Translations under genes and position numbers: made by a program
Origin: Neoechinorhynchus agilis
Lineage: Eukaryota > Animalia > Acanthocephala
Direction: 5' to 3'
NCBI GenBank assembly: GCA_051530055.1
Contig: JBMGUZ010000009.1
Coordinates: 1-64,000, forward strand
DNA: 64,000 nucleotides
Shown: piece after piece, positions 1-10,139 of the stretch
How the letters are laid out: every line of letters begins with the position of its first letter
How positions within the stretch are numbered: position 1 is the stretch's first letter
The notes under the pieces: generated by a model
What the model was told of the DNA's origin: nothing
Databases searched by the model: none
The model's input: the letters and a program-made list of their open reading frames with translations, nothing else

Positions 1-606
1 AATCGGTCTACAATGCCTTATCGGAAACAGAAAGTGAGAACGGCCAGAGATCGCGATTTCGCCCACTTCCTATTTCTTTTTAAAATATCAGGCAATGTAA
101 TAAATCGTAGAGGTGTAGAGGACAGGGTTTTGCGAAATTGAGGTCAGGATAGCCTATAAGGCAGGATGCGTTAGTTGTGTTCTTTAAGATGTGAGTAAAG
201 CACACAAGAACGTGCTGACTGAAGAGCACGATTAGTCACAGCGTTGACAGTGTGCTGGTGGAAAGATTCGTATGTGGCGGCGGCGGTGGAACAGCGACTT
301 TTTTTACAACGGTAAGGAAAAACGCTTGGATCGATATGTGCGCATTCAATGAAAATTAGTGTTAATTTAAACAAAAAAATTAGAGGATTCACTTTAACAA
401 TAGAAGAAAAAACTCTAGCGGTTTACGCTTACAAAAACTACAATAAATAGACGATTTTCCTCTTATCGCAAACACTAATACGATGGCGGATTTTCGCTTC
501 GTTCGTTTTAAGATATAAATTTAAAGCAGGTTCGCTAGAAACATTTAATGAGGATTGTATAAAGAGCAAAAAAATTCCAAAAAATATTGCAGGTACCCCT
601 TTTTTG

Positions 607-2480
607 TTATTAAGTATTTTGATGAGACCTAAATAACGGAAAGGTTCGATTTTCTGATAATGAATTAACGGCGGCGAATCAAGTGATCGAGAAATTAAAA
701 GACGGAAATAAACTCAGTGCGAATTTTTATTAAAAAACTTAAAAGAAGGATTTTCAATATAAAATATCGCAGTACTTTTTAAAAAAAGAATGTAAGTGCA
801 AAAAGTTATTATTGAGAATTTAACTCGACGTCTAAAATGAGAGATATGATGTTCGATTTTATCATCATCTTCATTGAAATTTAACGCATTAAAGGATTTA
901 AACTTCAAGAAAAACATTTGGAGCATAGAAATTTACGTTCAAAAGCACAAATCAATAATTGAGAGTTAATTTCAATTTCCTGCCATAATAAAAACATGAA
1001 TTATTCAGTTTTGAAACATTTATTAAGTATTTTGATGAGACCTAAATAACGGAAAGGTTCGATTTTCTGAGAATGAATGTACGGCGGCGAATCAAGTGAT
1101 CGAGAAATAAGAAGACGTAAATAAACTCAGATCGAATTTTTATTAAAAAACTTAAAAGAAGGATTTTCAATATAAAATATCGCAGGGCTTCTTAAAAAAT
1201 GAATGTAAGTTCAAAAAGTTATTATTGAGAATTTAACTCGACGTCTAAAATGAGAGATGTGATGTTCGATTTTATCATCATCTTCATTGAAATCTAACGA
1301 ATTAAAAGGTTTAAACTTCAAGAAAACTATTTCGAGCATAGAAATTTACGCTCAAAAGCACGAATTAATAAGGGAGACGAAAAAAATGCAAGATCGTTAA
1401 TTTCAATTTTCCGCCATAATAAAATCATGAATTATTCAGTTTTAAACCATTTATTAAGTATTTCGATAAGACCAAAATAACGGAAAGGTTAGATTTTCTG
1501 AGAATGAATGTACGGCGGCGAATCAAGTGATCGAGAAATAAGAAGACGTAAATAAACTCAGATCGAATTTTTATTAAAAAACTTAAAAGAAGGATTTTCA
1601 ATATAAAATATCGCAGTGCTTCTTAAAAAAAGAATGTAAGTTCAAAAAGTTATTATTGAGAATTTAACTCGACGTCTAAAATGAGAGATATGATGTTCGA
1701 TTTTATCATCATCTTCATTGAAATCTAACGAATTAAAAGGTTTAAACTTCAAGAAAACCATTTGGAGCATAGAAATTTACGTTCAAAAGCACGAATTAAT
1801 AAGGGAGACGAAAAAAATGCAAGATCGTTAATTTCAATTTTCCGCCATAATAAAATCATGAATTATTCAGTTTTAAACCATTTATTAAGTATTTCGATAA
1901 GACCAAAATAACGGAAAGGTTAGATTTTCTGAGAATGAATGTACGGCGGCGAATCAAGTGATCGAGAAATAAGAAGACGTAAATAAACTCAGATCGAATT
2001 TTTATTAAAAAACTTAAAAGAAGGATTTTCAATATAAAATATCGCAGGGCTTCTTAAAAAGCGAATGTAAGTTCAAAAAGTTATTATTGAGAATTTAACT
2101 CGACGTCTAAAATGAGAGATATGATGTTCGATTTTATCATCATCTTCATTGAAATTTAACGCATTAAAGGATTTAAACTTCAAGAAAACCATTTGGAGCA
2201 TAGAAATTTACGTTCAAAAGCACAAATCAATAATTGAGAGTTAATTTCAATTTTCCGCCATAATAAAATCATGAATTATTCAGTTTTGAAACATTTATTA
2301 AGTATTTTGATGAGACCTAAATAACGGAAAGGTTAGATTTTCTGAGAATGAATTAACGGCGGCGAATCAAGTGATCGAGAAATTAAAGGACGTAAATAAA
2401 CTCAGATCGAATTTTTATAAAATAACTTAAAAGAAGGATTTTCAATATAAAATATCGCAGTACTTCTTAAAAAAACGAAT
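607..2480. repeat. Tandem satellite, about 4.4 units of 413/431 bp
   Basis: TTATTAAGTATTT unit starts at 607, 1020, 1451, 1882 and 2295 (periods 413, 431, 431, 413). Long and short units differ by a short block (AAGGGAGACGAAAAAAATGCAAGATC vs TTGAGA). Confidence 0.95.
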
Positions 2481-3078
2481 GTCAGATACAAATCGACTAC
2501 AGGAACTACTAAAAGGTTACAAGTTCAAAAAGTTCCAAAATGCGAGCGATTTGAAAAATTCTGATAATGCTAACAAAGTTTGCTCTTTGATTTCAGAATA
2601 AAAATTGTTGAATTCATTGTTTATTGATACTAAAGGATTATTGCTTTTTGTCCCCAGTCAAACCTGTTGTAAAGTATACAGACTGAAGTTTATCGCTCTC
2701 GCTATGATTTTGGAATGTACTCTAAAACTAAATAATTTAAATAAGTGGTTCCATAAATATAAAAAATGAAAACAACGTAAAAAATTAATTTTTGGACATA
2801 GCTTCAAGGCAACGAGATAAAAAAATTAAACCTTCAGCATTAAATGAAGCAAATAAAAAGAGTTCTTTATCGTTCCATTAACGCTACGATTGTTCAAAAT
2901 CTGGCAATGAAAGATTTTTATCGTTTGTTGGTTGAACCTTTATATTGTAAATATTCTTTCGAGTAAATCAAATGGTTTAGTTAGCGCGCCAATTCAAATA
3001 ATTCGTGATTTTTATACTCCATAAATAATTAAAATTTTATGAGATTCTGACGTTCGTCGTTCTTTCCCTCAAAAATAT

Positions 3079-3287
3079 AAACTTTATGAACATTGTAAAG
3101 AAATTATTCATTATAGTTTCAATTTCAATTTGCGATGTTTAATTCAGAAAATAGATTTATCTTAAAAAAATTTTCGTAAACACAAAACAATTGACTGAAG
3201 AAGGCCAACGAAAAGGCTGAAAATTTTCAAGATAAATCTATTTTTCTGAATCAAACATCGCTAATTGAAACTGAAACTTTATGAATA
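3079..3287. mobile_element. Fold-back (inverted pseudo-LTR) Penelope-like remnant carrying a hammerhead motif
   Basis: Imperfect inverted arms at ~3105-3176 and ~3218-3287. 12-bp direct repeat AAACTTTATGAA at 3079-3090 and 3274-3285. Hammerhead core lies between and overlapping the arms. Confidence 0.6.
3191..3230 (+). ncRNA. Minimal type I hammerhead ribozyme motif
   Basis: TTGA-CTGAAGA-A-GGCC..GGCT-GAAA-ATTT-TCAA: conserved core, helix II, palindromic AAUU helix III and 4-bp helix I (TTGA/TCAA). Confidence 0.6.
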
Positions 3288-3953
3288 TTAATGTTTCGAT
3301 GAAAGTCTTCGCGGGGAAAACGTCCTAAGCAAACATTTTATCATGGTCAAAAATGCGTGTGTAACTTTATAATTGAAAAAATGATTTTCAAAAGTATTTT
3401 AGTCGATATGAAGTTTCCAATGAGATTTCTAGGCTTCGTTTCGCTAACGCCTTTTATACAATCGGATGCCCAAGCAAAAATGATTAACCAGACAACGATT
3501 GTTTTCATGCGAAAATAAATAGCCTACTAGAAATATTCACAAAATTTCGAGTTTCAAACCTTTTCGCTTATGTCAGCTGGTAAGACGGTTATTTTAATTC
3601 CCTTACTCTCGGCTATTCCATAAAAATTAATCAATAAATTATTGGAATTATTAGCATGCAATCAACGCAAATTCGACTATTATTAGTGATTTTGCAACGT
3701 ACAAATCTTTGGCACGCTTTGCCTCAAACTTTGTACGGTGATTTATAGTTAAGATAATTGCCGTTCTACTGTTACCATTGGCCAAATACCGTTATAAAAT
3801 TTTCATCCGACAATCAAAACGCCTCTCAACCCTACCGTCACAAATTTTACCACATTTTATTCCCCATTTCACAAGAAAATCGCAATCCTAATTGCTTTCA
3901 TTCTCCCTCGACCTCGCAACTCCCTCTGTCCCTTTTTCTATACTGCCTAATCT

Positions 3954-4318
3954 TCTCGGATATCATAAATTGAAATGAACCTGAGGAAACATTCAACCTC
4001 AAAACTCTCCTGTAAACAATATCCGCCCACTAGAACGGACATCATCGACAGGATATTCCCACCTGACCGAACCGGGAGTGGATGACGAATCCGGAATCTG
4101 GAACGGATTATGGATCCGGAATGTGGATGGCGGATCCGGGATTTTTATTAGATGATGGATCGGAATGTAAATGATTGATCCGGAGGAGGTCGAGGACGGC
4201 GTCGACGATTTCTTGAATAAAACCGGGAACTCGAGTGTTTATGAAGACCCAAAGGTACATGGTACAACTCGTGTTAATTAACAAACAAATAAACGTGTTA
4301 TTTTTATACCTTTATACA
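3954..4318 (+). mobile_element. Solo LTR-like sequence homologous to the 395-bp satellite unit
   Basis: Shares TCTCGGATATCATAA, CTGAGGAAA, GAACGGACATC..GGATATTCCCA, GACCCAAAGGTACATGG and AATAAA..GTGTTATT in the same order with the 26.2-28.4 kb repeat. Ends in TATACA. Confidence 0.55.
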
Positions 4319-4497
4319 AGCGTTGTGAATCTCAAATACTTTTCTACAATACGGTTTTTTTAAGACTAATTAATATCTCTGTATTCTTATTGGTCAATCT
4401 CTAAAAAAGCGCAGATTCACCTACTTTCCAGTATTTTTACTCCTATGATCACTAAAAATTTGTTGCACGTTGGTTTTTATGATGCAAACAAAACTCA

Positions 4498-5289
4498 ATG
4501 GCTCTAAAGCGCGAAAAACCAATCGACAATAAGAAAAATGGAAAATCTAGAAAGCGATCAAAACGGAACAATAATCGCGGTCCAACGACAAACCATTTGA
4601 TTAAGCTCCGAAATCAAGTTCGTGACTTTTTCAACAATCTGAACAAGGAAAAAGATGTTGAAAAATCTCAATCAACACAATCAGATTCAAATTCTCCAAG
4701 CCTAAAAATTCAAATATCGCAAAACACTTCTAGAAAAAATAAGCGAAAAATGTCTCGGAGTCGATCACGAATATTTACTCACGCTCACAATTCAGCCTTT
4801 ACTAAAAACTCTCGGCGACATTCAAAGATTGTCATAGACATGTTCGAGGAAGAAGAGCTTAAAGAAAGACTTACTGAACTCGTGAAAGTCGTTAATTGTC
4901 ACGATCAGGAGATTGAAAGTCGACGAAAGGAAATGGATTTCTTGGTTGATGCGGTATCCTCTTTAAGAGTAAACTCAAATATTTCAATCAGCGAAAAAGT
5001 GATCGAAAAGACGAGAAACGATTCAAAAAAACCAATTTATCGATCTAAGACAGATAAAAGAAATTGTTTAGGTCTATTAAGTTCAAAATTGAACGAACAA
5101 GATAAAAGTCGTTTAACTGGGATCGAGGATTCCTTTAGAGAACATGAGCTATTCGATCGGCTCTCGACCCTTACAATTCAAGATACTACTGAGAAGCACC
5201 AACTCGAACAAAAGAAGAGGGAAATTGAACTTTTAACGGAGACATTGTCTATGTTTAGCATTAAATCGGACAATAAAAATAAAGGCTGA
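4498..5289 (+). CDS. Hypothetical protein, 263 aa, basic/Ser-rich N-terminus and probable coiled-coil C-terminus
   Basis: Uninterrupted ATG-to-TGA ORF of 792 nt in AT-rich DNA. No recognisable domain. Confidence 0.6.
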   Translation: MALKREKPIDNKKNGKSRKRSKRNNNRGPTTNHLIKLRNQVRDFFNNLNKEKDVEKSQSTQSDSNSPSLKIQISQNTSRKNKRKMSRSRSRIFTHAHNSAFTKNSRRHSKIVIDMFEEEELKERLTELVKVVNCHDQEIESRRKEMDFLVDAVSSLRVNSNISISEKVIEKTRNDSKKPIYRSKTDKRNCLGLLSSKLNEQDKSRLTGIEDSFREHELFDRLSTLTIQDTTEKHQLEQKKREIELLTETLSMFSIKSDNKNKG

Positions 5290-6003
5290 ATAACATCTTG
5301 TGATTTAACACCCGGAACACAATGAAATCAATCACCACAAAAATAACGCTATTTGTAAAATCAGTAATTTTTGCCCGTTATAAATACTTTTACTATTTTT
5401 TAACTAATTAATAAGAAAGGAAGTGGTTAAGCTTTTAGTAATTAAAAAAATGCAATATTATAAAATTAAAGTATTGCAAAATAGCGACCAAAGGAGCCCA
5501 CAATTGGGAAAACGTGTCACGCGATAATACATTCCGTATATGACAAAAATTTTTCAAAAAAAATATTTGAATTTGAAATTTTAAATTAAACAAAAAAAGC
5601 CATTTCCCCAAGCAACGCATGCAATCTTATCATGAAGAATTTTCGGCCGATTATTTCTTTCAATATTAATTTCAGTTTGAAGTTATGAACATACTTTTCG
5701 AATGCGTTGTTCCCCTTTGGGTCAATACATTCATTGGCTTCTTTATTATTGCAAAATGGTATTTGTAAATGTCCAGTAAATTGTAGCTATTTAAACCGAG
5801 GAAAATTGTCGTCAAAAAGACAATATGACTGCACATTGGTTAACTTTCACGCTTCAAATCATTAAGGCTATCTTGATAATAAAAAATTCAATTCATTGTG
5901 TATCAATATAGAAAGTACAGTTTGAACTATGCTTTCGAATAAAAAAAGATGGGTTTAGAGAATCGAATCTTTGTTAATTAAGTATCTATTCACTGATCTC
6001 GAA

Positions 6004-7002
6004 ATGACCATGAGTAAAAAGGAAGACGAGAAAATTCAACGGAGTAATCCATTGGATTCTGATACTTACAAAGATTTAATCACTATGTCTATCGCAAGCA
6101 GCCTGCACGGTTATCTCACTCAACATGGCATCTATATTTGGATCATCCAAAACTTTGAATACTTCAGACAGCGACAACGGTTTTCTCTTTGCGAACAATC
6201 GAAAAGTGCCACCCGCCACAGTCCCTCCATTAATGAAAAGTTTTATCGGTTTCCACCTACCAATCGTAAAAGACCATCGCTTTGGGCTATAAATCCAAAT
6301 TACAAAAAAGGAATACCGAATAGAAAACGAAGAATTGATTCATTCACAGGAGATCAAGGGGTCGTGGAGGCACGCCGTCCGAAAAATACACCCCATCATT
6401 CGCAGCAATGCGATGCCACTTTCGACCTTCAAAATAATCCATTCATAAACAATCCGACGAACACTAATGGATTCATTTTTAATAGTCCACTAAATGTACC
6501 GCCTGCGGATATAAATGCCGGCATCGGTCAAAATTCTTTTGCCTATTTCGACAAACAAAACCCGGAATTCGGATTCCAACCGCTTTTAAATGCGTACAAT
6601 TCGACCGCAGTAGCTACAAATCCCCAAGTTTCCACGAATGTGGCAACAAATCCGACTTATGGATATCAAGGTCAACAGTTGGTCCAACAACAGTTTTTCA
6701 ACAATGGACAAGTTCAAAATGCTCAACATTACTCTAATGGCTATCATGGAGGCCAAAGCACTTACCAAAATACTCCACAAACCATGCAATTCTATCAACC
6801 AAATAACGATTTTAATTTCAATCAGCAACAACCTACACAAAACGTACAGATTTCCTCTCAAGACCAATGTGCTCCTCAGAATTATTTAAATGCAAGCGAA
6901 GTGATTAAACGTCAATTTCCAGTCCAAAACGAAGCAAGAGATCAAGCCTTTGAACCTAATAGTAGACCCTCGAACGATCCTCCTTTTACTGAACCAAATT
7001 GA
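6004..7002 (+). CDS. Divergent forkhead-box (Fox) transcription factor with Q/N-rich C-terminal tail
   Basis: TYKDLITMSIASS..LTQHGIYIWIIQNFEYFR..SATRHSPSINEKFYRFP..SLWAINP aligns by eye to the forkhead consensus SYxxLIxMAI..LTLxxIYxWIxxNFPYF..NSIRHNLSLNxCFxKVP..YWxLDP. First ATG at 6004; single exon. Confidence 0.85.
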   Translation: MTMSKKEDEKIQRSNPLDSDTYKDLITMSIASSLHGYLTQHGIYIWIIQNFEYFRQRQRFSLCEQSKSATRHSPSINEKFYRFPPTNRKRPSLWAINPNYKKGIPNRKRRIDSFTGDQGVVEARRPKNTPHHSQQCDATFDLQNNPFINNPTNTNGFIFNSPLNVPPADINAGIGQNSFAYFDKQNPEFGFQPLLNAYNSTAVATNPQVSTNVATNPTYGYQGQQLVQQQFFNNGQVQNAQHYSNGYHGGQSTYQNTPQTMQFYQPNNDFNFNQQQPTQNVQISSQDQCAPQNYLNASEVIKRQFPVQNEARDQAFEPNSRPSNDPPFTEPN

Positions 7003-7555
7003 AATCAACGTTTAGAGCAACATTTAGTAGAAGATTGCATATTCCAAGTGCAATCTTGAGTTGTGCCTCAAATAGTGTTGCGCATCTCTTAGATAAATTA
7101 GATTTAGCGTAAATTTAGTGATTATTGGCGGTTGGGGGATATTATAGCTGAGTTAAATATATGACTGGATTTCACACGGTGATCAATGAGCTCATTTGAA
7201 TGCTACTAACTTTTTCGTACTAGTTTTTGTGATCGTCTATTCCGGTCCTACCAAAAGGATGGTTGCAAAATTTAGACCAAAATGGCGTCCTAAATCTTGG
7301 TATAATTTTTCTTTATTAAAGGATCTAAATTGCACGTTGTGATGCTCCTCTTCGGAGCAGGTTTATAGCAAAGTTCAACGCATTCAACAAGGATATAATT
7401 TAAAAAGAACTAAAAAGTTTAGGTGATCCGTTTTAACGTTAAGAACAATAATTTTGTCGCCTATAATTTTCACCGTTTCATCAATTCCAATCATTCTTCT
7501 TACATATGAAAATAAAATGAGCGTTATTTATTTTGAGGGTTAATAAATTCTATAG

Positions 7556-7896
7556 AATTGAATAAGGAATTAGCTCTTAATCCTTTTCCCGTTAAGCATT
7601 TTGCTTCCTGTGATCAGCAGCAAAAAATGTTCTCAGTGATTCTCGCAACCGATTTTGCACATGATTTATCATCGAATAAAATATCCGAAGAGCTTTCTGA
7701 AACGCATGTTCCTCCGCTGAAATATTTCCCAGATGAAGAAGCCATCCAACTTAATCAATTAGACAACCATTCTGGCACAATTAAAACGGATTCTCTTCAT
7801 TCGGAAAGGTCTATGGATACGCCACGATCAGACATAGGCGATCCACTTCTATATGATCGAATGTTGCTTTGGGGAAAGTGTTCAGCCTTTCATTAG
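7556..7896 (+). pseudogene. Orphan terminal-exon-like segment paralogous to the 3' part of the 4-TM gene at 19.7-20.5 kb
   Basis: TATAG acceptor at 7555. EELSETHVPPLKYFPDEEAIQLNQLDNHSG..DPLLYDRM matches 20440-20660. No upstream exons identified. Confidence 0.5.
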
Positions 7897-8029
7897 CTCA
7901 GAATTAACCAAAATTAATTATTATTTACTTGTAAGGAAAAATTAAATAAATCGATATATTCGCTAAAAAATGCCAGGTCAGCTCAGTGGTGATTTTAAGA
8001 GCCATCATTTCCCTAAAATATGTTTTCTT

Positions 8030-8330
8030 ATGCTCCAAATAAAGGTTCCCCCGCCTTCAATTCTCTCTTACTCATCACATTCGCAACTCGCGCAAGACCT
8101 TTCTTGCACATAAACTCTCCTAATATTCCACTCAACTCTGGTGGGAAAACACGAAAATCTTTCTCCAACCTCTCAAACTCGGACCTCTTTGCTACACTAA
8201 ACTCTATCAATGCGCAACTTTGTGGTTCCCTTAATTTTCTATTCCCAATTGGGCTCTTCGCTTCATTATCCCAGATTTAATTGATCCTCTTACAGCACAC
8301 CTTCTGCAAATCTTCAATCAAAAGATTTCA
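8030..8330 (+). mobile_element. L2/CR1 LINE remnant (also at ~20820-21330, ~29070-29410 and inverted at ~62760-63090)
   Basis: Reverse-complement match to 23330-23770 of the L2/CR1 element at 22.3-25.2 kb. Confidence 0.75.
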
Positions 8331-8552
8331 TCCATTCGACGCCCTAATTTGCATCTACGATTCTCTTTTTTATAAATTCGGATTCGAGGTTTCAGAAATT
8401 TAGATAGAATACTTGACGCACAAGTCAAAATTTCTGCTGTTCGCTTTCGAGATAGTGAAAATGTAAATTGGGATAAATCTTTGTTTAAATAAGTTTTAAT
8501 CTTTTACATAAAAACGTTCAAATCGCATAAGATCCCTTTTTTAGATCCACGA

Positions 8553-8897
8553 ATGTCATCGCTGGTCCAATACATTGTTCTAAGGAAAGATTTAAAATGG
8601 CCTGCAGGCGCCCTCATTGCTCAAGCTTGCCACGCTGCTACCGCTGTAATCTTTGAGAACTACGACGATCACTTAACTCTCTCTTATTTGAAAGATATTG
8701 ATAATATGCACAAAATTGTGCTCGAGTGCGACGGCGAAAAGGAGTTGAATAACATTCAACTGTCATTGGCCGAAAGGAACATAAAGTATAAACTCTGGAT
8801 TGAAAAACCTGAAAATCTTGGAACCTGTATAGCACTGAAGCCATATCCTAAAAAAGACGTTAACGATTTGTTTAAGAGCCTTAAACTTTTCAAGTAA
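8553..8897 (+). CDS. PTRHD1: Peptidyl-tRNA hydrolase domain-containing protein 1 (PTH2 family), copy 1
   Basis: LVQYIVLRKDLKWPAGALIAQACHA..MHKIVLE..KLWIEKPENLGTCIALKPYPK is the PTRHD1 signature. Intronless, 114 aa. Confidence 0.95.
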   Translation: MSSLVQYIVLRKDLKWPAGALIAQACHAATAVIFENYDDHLTLSYLKDIDNMHKIVLECDGEKELNNIQLSLAERNIKYKLWIEKPENLGTCIALKPYPKKDVNDLFKSLKLFK

Positions 8898-9579
8898 GCG
8901 TAAATATTATATTTTTGCGAGAACGGGCAGAGCTGTATTTGAATTTAAGCGCAGCAGGAAAATAGAAAGTTCATAAAAAATCTCGAATCGTGCAATACTC
9001 GATTATCTAAGGATTAATCCCAAATACTTTGCTTCTACCAAGATCGTATTAAATTGATTTTGCTCCTTTTCTGCTCTGAGAAGTAAAATAGTTGCCTGAT
9101 ATCTTCGAATAATTGGCAGACCTTTAATGGTTGAGTTTTGGGTGATTTTACAAAGATTCCCTCTCGTCTTTTAATTTTTTTTAAGTAAAACCTTTTTTCC
9201 AAGTTTTACAATGAGGTCAATCTCTTCTGTCATCTATTTTTAATGGTTTGTGCTAGGTAATCCAACAGTAACTTTCCTAAGACTGATAGACGACTGAGTA
9301 TTTTTCTTAGCCTATTGTCTTTTTTATAATTAACATTAGCTGAGAAGTGCATCTTGTTTATTAGTTCACCTTTAAAAACATTAACTGAAACTTTCTAGAA
9401 AAGCTTAAGAAGTCTTTAACATTTTTTGCGAAGACTATCGGTCCAATTGGAAGACAGCGATCGCTTAACCTTGTGATGGATTTTCATTTGCGCTACACGA
9501 GAACGTCTCACAGTTGCATCTCTGACCCTCGCACAAAATAAACTCTATTTTTTGTTTCATGCCACTTGATGATATTCCT

Positions 9580-10139
9580 TTATTGAGCCGAAAGCTCAGT
9601 GTCATACTCATAGCAGAAAAGTGGATGTTCATGAGGACCCACGCTACTTAGCTCATATTTCAGCGTATGTTTTCCCTAAAAGGTTTTTCATGAGTTTCCT
9701 GTTCTAAATATACAAATAAACTTACGACAGGCATGAAAGGCATTATAAGAACGTTATGAACGGAGGTACAATCAGTTTCTTTGCAGTCCACTTTATAATT
9801 TTCAGCTGATGCGGTCCTGGAAATAAGTTCTCCGTTAATAGTCGTGGTCACTTTAAGCTCATAGTTATGATCATGATCTCCATCTGATTTGAATTGTGTG
9901 GTAATAATGATTTTATCGCCATGGACGAGATGGCAAACGCCATCTTTAAGGCAATGGCACGTTTGCAGTTTTACGGATTTCGGACCAAGACCTTAAAAAG
10001 GTCGTTTAGATGTCAACATTTTTATAGATTATCTCGTACCTGCACATGGGCGGATGTGTTCAGTTGTAAGATCTTTTGAGTGGACAGCAGCGGCGTTGCT
10101 GAGAGCCAACACAGAAACGAGCAGGAGAAGGAATTCCAT
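9580..10139 (-). CDS. Secreted ML-domain (NPC2/MD-2-like) lipid-binding protein, copy 1, 3 exons, 153 aa
   Basis: Same gene as 60947-61506 (reconstructed there). ATG at 10139, stop at 9580. Confidence 0.85.

Noticed and set aside
171-392. C2H2-like motif YRC-x4-C-x12-H on the minus strand
   Set aside because: The second His is missing and I could not build a consistent exon structure.
619-650. TTGATGAGACC..GGTT in the 413/431-bp unit as a hammerhead variant
   Set aside because: The GAAA half of the core is missing.
1117-1127. GTAAATAAAC forkhead-type site repeated in the satellite upstream of the Fox gene
   Set aside because: A short AT-rich motif expected by chance; its repetition is explained by the array itself.
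6586-6889. Short ORFs overlapping the Fox gene, and similar ones overlapping PTRHD1, the Kunitz gene and the LINEs
   Set aside because: These are antisense or alternate-frame shadows of real genes or transposons, many starting at non-ATG codons.
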